In this document: one piece after another, positions 36,659 to 45,800 of the stretch | Numbering within the stretch: the stretch's first letter is position 1 | Layout of the letters: each line of letters starts with the position of its first letter | Made by a program: the position numbers and the translations under genes | The notes under the pieces: generated by a model | Told to the model about the DNA's origin: nothing | Databases searched by the model: none | What the model saw: only the letters and a program-made list of their open reading frames with translations | Assembly: GCA_964235665.1 (NCBI GenBank) | Contig: CAXSAY010000007.1 | Location: 30,896 to 94,895, forward strand | Direction: 5' to 3' | DNA: 64,000 bases | From: an uncultured Acidobacteriaceae bacterium | GTDB taxonomy: Bacteria > Acidobacteriota > Terriglobia > Terriglobales > Acidobacteriaceae

Positions 36659-37714
36659 TTACTCCAGGTTCCGCCGCGCTGACCGTGACCCGACCAGCGC
36701 CGCCTGATCCTCGTCCGGTCTCATCCCGCGCAGATGATCAGCGATCAGCCGCCCATGAAACCGTCCATTCTCAATGAAGATCTCGTGCGTCCGCTCGCCC
36801 GCCACAATCACGCCCGCCACATAGATGCCCGGCACATTGCTCTCAAGCGTCCGTGGGTCGCACACCGGGCAGCGATCGTTCGCCTCATCCAATCGCACGC
36901 CCAAACGCTCGATGAAGCTGAAGTCCGGGTGATAGCCCGTCAGCGCAAACACATGATCGTTCGGCAGAGTCCGCAGGCCGTCTGACGTCGAGACCGTCAC
37001 CGAATCCTCCTCGATCGCCACCACCTCGCTCCGAAACAGCCCCGTGATCTCGCCGTTCTTGATGCGATTATTGATGTCCGGCAGGATCCAGTACTTCACC
37101 TGCCGATGCATCTCCGTTCCCCGGTGCACCAGCGTCACCCGCGCGCCATGCCGCCACAGCTCCAGAGCCGCGATCGCCGCCGAGTTCTTTCCGCCGATCA
37201 CCAGCACATCCATGTCGAAAAACGGGTGCGGATCGTCGTAGTAGTGATCCACCTTCTTCCGGTCCTCGCCCGGCAGGCCAAGCCGGTTCGGCAGGTCATA
37301 GTAGCCCGTCGCAATCACCAGCTTGCGCGCCCGGTGCGTCACGGCGCGCCCGGCACGGTCCGTCACATGCACCCGGAAGTCCTCATCCGCTCCAGTCACC
37401 GACTGCACCGTCTCGTACAGCCGCAGGTCGAGCGCATAGTGCTGCGCCACGCGCCGGTAGTACTCGAGCGCCTCCATCCGCGAGGGCTTCGGGTTCGAAC
37501 TCGAAAACGGGATGTCGCCAATCTCGAGCAGCTCCGGCGTCGTAAAAAACGTCATGTGCGCCGGATAGTGAAAGATCGAGTTGCACAGACAGCCCTTATC
37601 GACCACCACCGCTCGCAACCCAGCCCGTTGTGCCTCGATCGCGCACGCCAGCCCGGTCGGCCCGGCTCCAATCACCAGGACGTCATAGAGAGTGTCCGCA
37701 GCCTGTTCGCTCAT
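36659..37714 (-). CDS. ypdA: YpdA-family FAD-dependent disulfide reductase (putative bacillithiol disulfide reductase)
   Basis: YDVLVIGAGPTGLACAIEA FAD motif, then GCLCNSIFHYPAHMTFFTTPELLEIGDIPF, typical of the YpdA family rather than TrxB (no CxxC). Second Rossmann motif VLVIGGKNSA. Confidence 0.75.
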   Translation of the reverse strand: MSEQAADTLYDVLVIGAGPTGLACAIEAQRAGLRAVVVDKGCLCNSIFHYPAHMTFFTTPELLEIGDIPFSSSNPKPSRMEALEYYRRVAQHYALDLRLYETVQSVTGADEDFRVHVTDRAGRAVTHRARKLVIATGYYDLPNRLGLPGEDRKKVDHYYDDPHPFFDMDVLVIGGKNSAAIAALELWRHGARVTLVHRGTEMHRQVKYWILPDINNRIKNGEITGLFRSEVVAIEEDSVTVSTSDGLRTLPNDHVFALTGYHPDFSFIERLGVRLDEANDRCPVCDPRTLESNVPGIYVAGVIVAGERTHEIFIENGRFHGRLIADHLRGMRPDEDQAALVGSRSARRNLE

Positions 37715-37784
37715 AGCTTTAAGAGTGCAGGGCAGGCGGAAAAGATTCACCGCCCTCCCTGTCCCCCTTGCCCCTGACAGAAAT

Positions 37785-38492
37785 CTACGTGTCGAGCGTC
37801 ACCAGCTTGTGCGCAATCGCAAACAGCGCCAGCTCCAGCCGCGTCGATACCCCGGTCTTGTCGAAGATATTCGACAGATGCCGCTTCACCGTCTCCTCGC
37901 TGATCGTGAACTCCTTCGCGATGTCCTTGTTCGAGCAGCCTTCGACGATCGAGTTCACCACCTCGAGCTCCCGCGGCGTCAGCCCATAGGTCTTCCGCTC
38001 CGCACCCGCCGCCGCCTTCGCCGTCAGGTCGCGCAGCTTCGTCACCAGGTTCGCCACCCGCTCGCCGCCGATCCAGTAGTCGCCCGATTGCACCGCCCGC
38101 AGCGACCGTGTCAGCTCGCCCGCCACCGAGCCCTTCTCCACAATTCCGCGTGCGCCGATCTGCAGCGCCTCGATGATCTGCTGCGTCGTAATCGTCGCCG
38201 TCAGCAGAATGATCTTCACCCCGGAGGACCGGTTCACAATCGCCCGCATCGCCTCCAGGCCCGGCAGTCGCGGCATCGCTAGATCCAGCAACAACACATC
38301 GGGTTCGAGCTCGAGCGTCTGCGTAATCGCATCGTCGCCATCCTCTGCCTCGCCCACCACCTCGTATCCAGCCTCGTTCGACAGCATGGCAATCACACCC
38401 TTGCGCACCACAAGGTGATCATCCGCAACCACGATGCGAATGGGGTTCGCTCCTGAGCCGAATCCTGCCGGCTTCTTCAATACTTGGTTCAT
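37785..38492 (-). CDS. NarL/FixJ-type response regulator (REC + LuxR HTH)
   Basis: IRIVVADDHLVVRKG...LLLDLAMP receiver. C-terminal LTPRELEVVNSIVEGCSNKDIAKEFTISEETVKRHLSNIFDKTGV. Confidence 0.9.
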   Translation of the reverse strand: MNQVLKKPAGFGSGANPIRIVVADDHLVVRKGVIAMLSNEAGYEVVGEAEDGDDAITQTLELEPDVLLLDLAMPRLPGLEAMRAIVNRSSGVKIILLTATITTQQIIEALQIGARGIVEKGSVAGELTRSLRAVQSGDYWIGGERVANLVTKLRDLTAKAAAGAERKTYGLTPRELEVVNSIVEGCSNKDIAKEFTISEETVKRHLSNIFDKTGVSTRLELALFAIAHKLVTLDT

Positions 38493-38523
38493 CTCGTCTC
38501 CTGGCCAGAAGAGCGGGTTGCCT

Positions 38524-39294
38524 CTAAACCTGCAGCCCGCGCGAAGTAAGCATACGCCGGAGCCGCTCCGCCGCTAGCGGAATCTCACGGAGCGTAGCTG
38601 CCTGGTCAGCAGCCGTGCCGCGGTCCGCTTCGAGCCGCGCCCCCAGCACCTGCATCTCCCGCGCCCCAAGAATGCTGAAGCCGCCCTTCATCGTATGCGC
38701 GCTCGCCCGGAGCGCCGCCGCGTCCCCCTCATCAATCGCCGCCTGCATCTGCTCGGTGTACTTCCGCAGCTCCGCCATCGCCAACCCAAAGATCTCGCTC
38801 AGCTGCGCCAGGTTCATCATGCTCGCCAGCTGCGCGAACGTCTCCTCATCCAGCACCGGCGTCGTCTCTCCTGAACTTGTTCCAGAGATCCCTGTCGCAT
38901 CGGCTGGAGGGACTGCCTCAGGGGTCGCCTCTGCGTTCCCCCGTGCGATCGCCTCCAGAGCCTCGGCGAGCTGCTCCGGCGTGAACGGCTTCAGCAGAAA
39001 CGCGTCATACCCCGCATACCGGTCCGCCACCGGCCGGCTGCCGCTCATCGCAATCAGCGGAACCAGTCCGCGCAGCACAGCTCGTATCCGCCGCGCCAGC
39101 TCCGGCCCGTGCAGCCCTGGCATCTGCAGGTCCGAGAGAATCACGTCTGCACTCACACCCGCGCCGTCGCGGAGCAGCGCCAGCGCCTCTTTGCCGCTCT
39201 CGGCCTCTACTACCTCATACCCCGCGGCCGAAAGATGCAGCTCCAGCACCGCGCGGCTGAGTTCGTCATCATCGATCAGCAGAAGGCGCTTCAT
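38524..39294 (-). CDS. response-regulator receiver fused to HPt phosphotransfer domain
   Basis: MKRLLLIDDDELSR...VILSDLQMPG..LIAMSG receiver. C-terminal HPt motif ASAHTMKGGFSILGA. Confidence 0.8.
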   Translation of the reverse strand: MKRLLLIDDDELSRAVLELHLSAAGYEVVEAESGKEALALLRDGAGVSADVILSDLQMPGLHGPELARRIRAVLRGLVPLIAMSGSRPVADRYAGYDAFLLKPFTPEQLAEALEAIARGNAEATPEAVPPADATGISGTSSGETTPVLDEETFAQLASMMNLAQLSEIFGLAMAELRKYTEQMQAAIDEGDAAALRASAHTMKGGFSILGAREMQVLGARLEADRGTAADQAATLREIPLAAERLRRMLTSRGLQV

Positions 39295-39442
39295 TTCAGG
39301 GTTCCGCATAGCGTGCCCAGACTAACAACGCCCGCATCCGTCGCGCCACTGCTTCGTGCCGCGCAGCCGCCAGACCTGCCTCCTCTGGCGATACATTAAG
39401 GGCCATGGCCTGTTCGATCGGCAACCTCCTGGATCGAAGCGC

Positions 39443-40681
39443 ATGATGCGATCCCTTCCCACGCTGCTCGTGCTGCTTCTTCTCGACGCGGCCAGCTCGC
39501 ATCTCCGCTATCAGCGATCCGTCTCAGTCTCGAGCGCCGGGCAGAGCTGCCTCATCCTCGATCCCGCCATCTACGCGCACGCCGCTCCCTCGCTCGCCGA
39601 CCTCCGCCTCTACACCAGCGACGGAACGCAGGAGATCCCCTTCGTCCTCTTGCGCAACGCCAGCCTGCAGACCGATCCCGAACCCGCGCAGATCCTCAAC
39701 CTCCACCAGCTCGGCCGTTCCCTCAGCTTCGATCTGCAGATGCCCTCGCGGCCCTATACCGACGTCGTCCTCACCCTCACCGGCACCAACCTCCTCGCGC
39801 GCGCATCCGTCACCACTCCTGACGCTGCCGGCGTCTCGCTCGGCACCTTCACCCTCTTCAATCTCGCCGCACAGCATCTCCCCGCCGACACCACCCTGCA
39901 CCTGCAGGAGACCGCCGCACCCCTCCTGCACATCACCCTCGCTCCTCTCGCCGGCAGTGATCCCATCCGCCCGGCTACCGTGCAGGCCGCCATCGTCCCA
40001 CCCAGCCGCGAGGCCCAGACCCTCTACACCACCGCCGTCAGCACCTCCTCCATCACACAGGCCGCGCACCGCACCGTCGCCCGCTTCACCGTGCCTGCCC
40101 ATCTGCCCATCGAACGCATTCACCTCACGCTCGCGCCCGGCAGAACACCCAACTTCAGCCGTCCCGTCCACATTGACAGCCACATCGCGGGCGAGCCCGA
40201 GAGTGCGGGCGAACAGATCCGCGGTGCCTTCGGCTATCTCCGCCTGACGCGCGCCGGCGTATCTCTCGCCGTCGATCAACTCACCGTTCCCGCCACCGTA
40301 GGCGCTAACCTGCAGAAGCCCGCAGACGTCCAGGTCACCGTCGAGAACGGCGCCGACGCCCCGCTGCCCATCGCCTCGGTCGAGCTCGAAACCCGCCAGC
40401 GCCAGCTCTGCTTCGACGTCGTCAAGCCTGGCCCGCTCACACTCTTCTACGGCGACCCGAAAGCCGATCCACCACACTTCGACTACGAAGAGCACTTCCG
40501 CCTCGACCCGGCCCTGCACCACGCGACCCTCGGCCCCGAGCAGCCGAACGCCCGGTTCACGCCGCGCCATGACGTCCGCCCCATGACGAAACGGCATCCC
40601 CGCCTTCTCTATCTTGGCCTCATACTGCTCATCTGCATCGTGTCAGTTACGACGCTGCGATCAAAGAGGCTCCGCCTCTGA
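39443..40681 (+). CDS. exported protein with C-terminal TM anchor (possibly DUF3999-like)
   Basis: Signal MMRSLPTLLVLLLLDAASS. LADLRLYTSDGTQEIPFVL and LTLFYGDPKADPPHFDY resemble my recollection of DUF3999. Terminal helix LLYLGLILLICIVSV. Confidence 0.5.
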   Translation: MMRSLPTLLVLLLLDAASSHLRYQRSVSVSSAGQSCLILDPAIYAHAAPSLADLRLYTSDGTQEIPFVLLRNASLQTDPEPAQILNLHQLGRSLSFDLQMPSRPYTDVVLTLTGTNLLARASVTTPDAAGVSLGTFTLFNLAAQHLPADTTLHLQETAAPLLHITLAPLAGSDPIRPATVQAAIVPPSREAQTLYTTAVSTSSITQAAHRTVARFTVPAHLPIERIHLTLAPGRTPNFSRPVHIDSHIAGEPESAGEQIRGAFGYLRLTRAGVSLAVDQLTVPATVGANLQKPADVQVTVENGADAPLPIASVELETRQRQLCFDVVKPGPLTLFYGDPKADPPHFDYEEHFRLDPALHHATLGPEQPNARFTPRHDVRPMTKRHPRLLYLGLILLICIVSVTTLRSKRLRL

Positions 40682-40748
40682 TCTCCACCCCACCCCAAAC
40701 CCTGTCATCCTGACCGAAGAGGAGGGACCCGCCTCTCCACCCACGCCG

Positions 40749-43418
40749 CTACCGCATTGCCGTATCCACCTCGTTCAGCCACGTCGCCGGCTTCAGCAGC
40801 TCGCGTGGCTTCGATCCGTCCGCCGGTCCCACCAGTCCATCCCGATGCATCATGTCGATCAGGTGTGCCGCGCGTCCGTATCCAATCCGTAACCGCCGCT
40901 GTAACAGACTCGTCGACGCCTTCCCAAACTCAAACACCAGCCGCACCGCATCGTCGAACAGCTCATCGTTCGCCTCGCCGCCATCACCCGGCTCCCCATC
41001 CACACTGTCTTCCTTCGGTCCTTCGAGGAAGCCCTGCACATACTCGGCCTCGCCCTGCGCCTTCCAGAACTCCGTAACCGCCGCAATCTCCTTCTCGGTC
41101 ACAAACGGCGCATGCACCCGCTGCACCCGGCTCGTCCCCGGCGGCAGATACAGCATGTCGCCGCGTCCCAGCAGGCTCTCTGCCCCATTTGAATCGATAA
41201 TCGTCCGCGAATCCACCTTCGTTGCCAGCCGGAAGCTCATCCGCGTCGGCACATTCGCCTTGATCAACCCGGTAATCACATCCACCGACGGCCGCTGCGT
41301 CGCCAGCACCAGATGAATCCCCACCGCACGCGCCATCTGCGCCAGCCGCGTGATCGCCTCTTCCACGTTCGATCGATCGAGCATCATCAGATCAGCCAGC
41401 TCGTCGATGATGATCATGATGTACGGCAGCGGCTCCTGATCGCGCGGGTCTTCAAACATATCCGCCGTCGCATTCTCGACCATCTTGTTGTACTGATCGA
41501 TGTTCCGCACATGGTGGCTCGCCAGCAGCTTCAGCCGCCGCTCCATCTCCCGCACCGCATTGCGCAGCGCATTTGCCGCCAGCTTCGCCTCCGTAATGAT
41601 CGGCGTAAATAGGTGCGGAATCCCCTCGTACATGCCCAACTCCACCCGCTTCGGATCGACCAGAATCATCCGCACCTGCTCGGGCGTCGACTTGAACAGC
41701 ACACTCATGATCATTGCGTTGATCGCCACCGACTTACCCGAACCGGTTGAGCCCGCAATCAGCACATGCGGCATACTCGCCAGATCGCCCGTCACGATCC
41801 GCCCATTGATGTCCTTGCCCAGCGCAATCGCCAGCCGCGACTTCGACTGCGCAAAGCTCTCGCACTCCACCACATCGCGCAGCCAGATCGTCTCCCGCTC
41901 CGAGTTCGGAACTTGAATCCCGACCGTCGACTTGCCCGCCATTCGCTCAATCAGAATGCTCTCCGCCGCCATCGCCAGGCACAGATCATCCGCCAACCCC
42001 GTCACCCGCGAGTACTTCACCCCCGCATCCGGCTTGAACTCAAACGTTGTTACTACCGGCCCGGGATTGATCTGCGTCACCTGCCCGTCCACATCAAACT
42101 CGGCGCACTTCTCGACCAGCACCCGCGCCTCGTCGCGCAGCGCATCCTCCCGTACCTGCGCATGCTCGTCACTCTTGTAGAGCAGGGAAGAGGGCGGCAA
42201 TTTGTAACCACGAACGCTCTTCGGCGTAATCGCCACCGCCTTGATGTCCGAGTCCGCCCGTTTGCCGAACGAGATCGCCTGTGCTGGAGCCGTCTCGATC
42301 GCAGCCGCCGGGATCGGCATCGGCTCCGGCACGCGCGTCGCCGCCCGCGCCGGCATCGGCAGCGGTGCAGCCGTCTCCGCCTCGACCGGCCGCCTTGCCG
42401 CCGCAGGCTCTGCAACCGGAAACGCAAACGCCGCTTCCTCAAAGTTGTTCTCATCGTCGAGCGCCCGCCGCGGCGTCGCCGCCTTCGCCAGAGCCTCCGC
42501 ATGCGGAGCCGCCGCCGCCATCGCGGTTGAGATCGACGTCGCCGCCGGTGCATCCACCAGCGTGCGCGGCATCGCCTCCCACACACTCGCCACCTCACCC
42601 TCCGGCACCACACTTGGCACCTCCGGTTCGGGCATCGCGCCAGACCGCCGCCGGCTCCACCAGCCAAACAGCCCCGAAAGCAGCGTATTCCGCTCTGGCG
42701 CCGCAGTCTCCGCAGCCCGCGCCTCGTTCTCCCGCGCCAGCTTCTCCGCCAGCTCGCGTCGCGTGCCGAATCGCTCCGTCCCCGCCTCCACCCGTGCATT
42801 GGTCCGGTTTAGCTGCCACTGCGCCCATCGATCCTGCAGCCCGCGCAGCGTCGAGAAGCGCGTCGTCAGCCACTCGCCCGCCGTCGCCAGCGTAAACGTC
42901 GTCGAAAGATACAGCGCCGCCGCCACCATCACGGTCGCCACCACCGCCGCACCCGGCAGGTTCAGATACTGCACCAGCATGTCGGAGACCAGCCGCCCGC
43001 TCACCCCTTCAATCGGCACCGCATGCCGCCACAGCAGGCCGCCCGGCAGCAGCGCCACCATCGCCGGCGCCGCCAGCAGCCATAAACACAGTCCGATCAG
43101 CTTCGTCAGCCCCGATCCCGTCGACCGCGACCGCATCCACCGCACCCCCAGCCGCAGGAGCAGCAGCGGCAGAAAAAAACTCGCCACGCCAAACAACTGC
43201 AGCAGCGCGTCCGACAGATACGCCCCAAATACGCCAATCCAATTATGTGCCGGCCGCCCCGCCGCAACCGCGCCAGCCGTGTCGAACGAGGCGTCCGTCG
43301 GCGCGTAGGTCACCAGGGCCAGCAGCAGCAGCGCCGCAGCGCCCAACGTGACGAGGCCGATCAGTTCGTTCAACCGGCGGCTGCGAGTCGGCGCCGTTCC
43401 AGGGCGTAAGTTCTTCAT
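40749..43418 (-). CDS. ftsK: DNA translocase FtsK/SpoIIIE
   Basis: N-terminal 4-5 TM, Ala/Pro-rich linker, motor domain with Walker A IAGSTGSGKSV and Walker B IIIDELADLM, and C-terminal gamma domain LLQRRLRIGYGRAAHLIDMM. Confidence 0.95.
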   Translation of the reverse strand: MKNLRPGTAPTRSRRLNELIGLVTLGAAALLLLALVTYAPTDASFDTAGAVAAGRPAHNWIGVFGAYLSDALLQLFGVASFFLPLLLLRLGVRWMRSRSTGSGLTKLIGLCLWLLAAPAMVALLPGGLLWRHAVPIEGVSGRLVSDMLVQYLNLPGAAVVATVMVAAALYLSTTFTLATAGEWLTTRFSTLRGLQDRWAQWQLNRTNARVEAGTERFGTRRELAEKLARENEARAAETAAPERNTLLSGLFGWWSRRRSGAMPEPEVPSVVPEGEVASVWEAMPRTLVDAPAATSISTAMAAAAPHAEALAKAATPRRALDDENNFEEAAFAFPVAEPAAARRPVEAETAAPLPMPARAATRVPEPMPIPAAAIETAPAQAISFGKRADSDIKAVAITPKSVRGYKLPPSSLLYKSDEHAQVREDALRDEARVLVEKCAEFDVDGQVTQINPGPVVTTFEFKPDAGVKYSRVTGLADDLCLAMAAESILIERMAGKSTVGIQVPNSERETIWLRDVVECESFAQSKSRLAIALGKDINGRIVTGDLASMPHVLIAGSTGSGKSVAINAMIMSVLFKSTPEQVRMILVDPKRVELGMYEGIPHLFTPIITEAKLAANALRNAVREMERRLKLLASHHVRNIDQYNKMVENATADMFEDPRDQEPLPYIMIIIDELADLMMLDRSNVEEAITRLAQMARAVGIHLVLATQRPSVDVITGLIKANVPTRMSFRLATKVDSRTIIDSNGAESLLGRGDMLYLPPGTSRVQRVHAPFVTEKEIAAVTEFWKAQGEAEYVQGFLEGPKEDSVDGEPGDGGEANDELFDDAVRLVFEFGKASTSLLQRRLRIGYGRAAHLIDMMHRDGLVGPADGSKPRELLKPATWLNEVDTAMR

Positions 43419-43691
43419 AGGGGATCACCGGCCATCCGCGGCCTCACCGTTTCACTCCTCCCACATCAGAGACATGCGACGTGCAAGGCGAACTGGAAAG
43501 GCGCTGGAAGCAACTGTCATTATCCCAGAGCCCATCCTGACCTCAACCTTCCCCGTCCGACAGGGGATCAGGATGCAAACCCATCCGCAGACCCGGCATC
43601 TACCTGCCTAAGGCGAAACCAGCGTGCGGCATCGATCCATCTGCGCATGGGCTCTACCAAGCCGCCGATCTCAAGAACTGTAAGGGGCACT

Positions 43692-44153
43692 ATGGCTACC
43701 GATGAAGCAAAGCTGCACGAAACAAAGCGTGTTCTCTCGTCGCTCGTCAACACGTTGCTGGACAGTCAGAAGGGCTTCGCCGACATCGGCGAGCACATCA
43801 AGGATGATCAGCTAAAGCGATTCTTCCTCGCCGAAAGCCTCAAGCGCGCCAACTTCCGCGCCGAGCTTGAGAACGAGCTGCATCGCCTCGGCGAGCGCGA
43901 CGTCAAGGAGTCCGGCACCACCGTTGCTGCCATCCACCGCACCTGGGGCGACCTCAAGGCCAAGCTGGGCGGCGGGGACCACACCCTCCTCGAGACCGCC
44001 GAGCAGGGCGAGGACGAAGCCAAAAAGGCCTACAAGGATGCCCTCGATCAGGAACTTCCGCTTCCGCTCCGTGAGGTCCTCAGCAACCAGCAGGCGGATG
44101 TCCTCACGTCTCACGACTTCATCAAGTCACACCGCGACGCACTCAAGAGCTAA
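43692..44153 (+). CDS. PA2169/DUF2383-family four-helix-bundle (ferritin-like) protein
   Basis: LVNTLLDSQKGFADIGEHIKD..LKRFFLAES.KRANFRAELE and TAEQGEDEAKKAYKDAL match the DUF2383 pattern. Confidence 0.7.
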   Translation: MATDEAKLHETKRVLSSLVNTLLDSQKGFADIGEHIKDDQLKRFFLAESLKRANFRAELENELHRLGERDVKESGTTVAAIHRTWGDLKAKLGGGDHTLLETAEQGEDEAKKAYKDALDQELPLPLREVLSNQQADVLTSHDFIKSHRDALKS

Positions 44154-44174
44154 CGGCAATGCTGCATTGAACCG

Positions 44175-44200
44175 AAGGGCGGGGGCCAACCCCGTCCTTT
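44175..44200 (+). terminator. rho-independent terminator
   Basis: aagggcgggg / gccaa / ccccgtcctt (one G-U pair), followed by the T-rich tccttttgcc. Confidence 0.6.
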
Positions 44201-44224
44201 CCTTTTGCCCGGGAGCTCTCCACC

Positions 44225-44626
44225 ATGCGACTCGCTAGATCTCTGATGGGCGTGCTTTATGTGGCTGCGGGCACTCTCCACCTCGTCGTCACCGAAACTT
44301 ACATGCGTCTCATGCCCAGTTACCTCCCCGCTCATCGCGAGCTCGTGCTGCTCAGCGGCGTCGCCGAGATCGCCGGCGGTCTAGGCATCCTCGTTCCGCA
44401 GACCCGCACCGGCCAGCCCGGCCGCGCCGCCGCCTGGGGTCTCATCGCCTTGCTGATCGTTGTCTTTCCCGCAAACGTCACCATGATCGCCGAGCACAGC
44501 CGCTTCGAGCAGGTGCCGCTCTGGGCCGCCTGGCTCCGCCTGCCGCTCCAACTTCCCTTGATCTACTGGGCCTGGCGCTACACCCGTCCCACCGCCGTGG
44601 CGCAACCATCCTCCCCACCCCGGTAG
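44225..44626 (+). CDS. DoxX-like small membrane protein
   Basis: 133 aa, 4 TM. VLYVAAGTLHLV...LSGVAEIAGGLGILVP pattern of DoxX-like families. Confidence 0.6.
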   Translation: MRLARSLMGVLYVAAGTLHLVVTETYMRLMPSYLPAHRELVLLSGVAEIAGGLGILVPQTRTGQPGRAAAWGLIALLIVVFPANVTMIAEHSRFEQVPLWAAWLRLPLQLPLIYWAWRYTRPTAVAQPSSPPR

Positions 44627-44631
44627 CCTCA

Positions 44632-44657
44632 AGAGGCACTCGACATCAAGTGCCTCT
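44632..44657 (+). terminator. hairpin after the DoxX-like gene
   Basis: agaggcact (44632-44640) pairs with agtgcctct (44649-44657). No strong U-tract. Confidence 0.45.
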
Positions 44658-44847
44658 CAAGTGCGTCTTGGTTTAGGGCATGGCTTAGCCTTGAGGGCTT
44701 CGAGCGGAAGTGATCTCTTGCGCAGCCTGTTCCACTTGCCAGGTTCGGCTCCAGCACCATGAACATCTCTAGGAACAGGGAGGTCCAGACCTAAACCGTT
44801 GCCTTTGAAGATTTTGCGACCAAAAGTACGGGGAGGAGGGTACGCCT

Positions 44848-45744
44848 CTAGTAACCCGCTGTATGGAGGTAGAACACCACCCCAGCCGCCGCAATGCAGT
44901 AGATCCCAAACAGATACCACCGCCCCGCCTCAAGCCAGCTCGAAAGCCATCGCAGCGCCCCGAGCCCGGCCACAAACGCAAACACCGCGCCCAGCAGGCT
45001 CATCACCACAGACCCGCCCAGGTTGATCGGCGTCCCATTCGCCGCCGCCACATGCGTCGCCTTCACTAGTCGGAGCGCCTCGCGCAACACCACCGGCGGC
45101 GTCAGAATTACCGCTAGCGCAAACGAGAACCGCTCCGCCCGATCCCGCGCCGCGCCCACGAGCATCCCGGTTGAGATCGTCGCGCCCGATCGCGAAAACC
45201 CGCGAAACGGCAGACACAGTCCCTGCACCGCACCGATCCATCCGGCCTGGTTCATCGTCACCGACGTCCGCAGATCCGGCGTCAGGCTTCGCGTCGTATC
45301 TACCACCGCCTGCCGCTCTCGCAAACCGGCAACAAGGATCAGCAGGCCCGCCGCCAGCAGAGCATACGCGATCAGGTCCAGCCGCGAGAACAGCAGCTCG
45401 ATCTCCGCCTTGCTCTGTCCCTGAAACGCCGTCCTCTCGATCACCTTGATCAGCGGATAGCCAATCACGGCCGTCAGCGTCGTCGCCCACGCCGCCCGGA
45501 TCGCAAACCGCAGAAACGCGTCCTTGCTGGCAAAGTACGTTCGCTGCCACGTCTTCCAGAAGTACACAATCACCGCGAACATCGTTCCGGTGTGCAGCAT
45601 CACCAGCAGCAGCGTCATCTCCGGCGCGGACGGATCAAGGTGGAGAAGCTTCTCGCCAACCACCACGTGAGCGGAGCTGGAGACAGGCAGAAGTTCGGCA
45701 AGACCCTGAAGCAGGGCCAGGAGAATAACCTTCCAGATCGGCAT
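44848..45744 (-). CDS. uppP: undecaprenyl-diphosphate phosphatase
   Basis: LLQGLAELLPVSSSAHVVV and SRSGATISTG motifs; 8 TM. Confidence 0.9.
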   Translation of the reverse strand: MPIWKVILLALLQGLAELLPVSSSAHVVVGEKLLHLDPSAPEMTLLLVMLHTGTMFAVIVYFWKTWQRTYFASKDAFLRFAIRAAWATTLTAVIGYPLIKVIERTAFQGQSKAEIELLFSRLDLIAYALLAAGLLILVAGLRERQAVVDTTRSLTPDLRTSVTMNQAGWIGAVQGLCLPFRGFSRSGATISTGMLVGAARDRAERFSFALAVILTPPVVLREALRLVKATHVAAANGTPINLGGSVVMSLLGAVFAFVAGLGALRWLSSWLEAGRWYLFGIYCIAAAGVVFYLHTAGY

Positions 45745-45800
45745 TTCCCCATCCTAAATGGCAACGGGGAAGCGCGGCCGAAGTCTTCGCACCATGGCCG

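Noticed and set aside
44741-44760. tRNA-like T-loop/3' end resemblance (ggttcggctcc...gcacca)
   Set aside because: The flanking bases cannot form a T-stem or acceptor stem, and no D-arm or anticodon arm can be drawn. It is not a tRNA.
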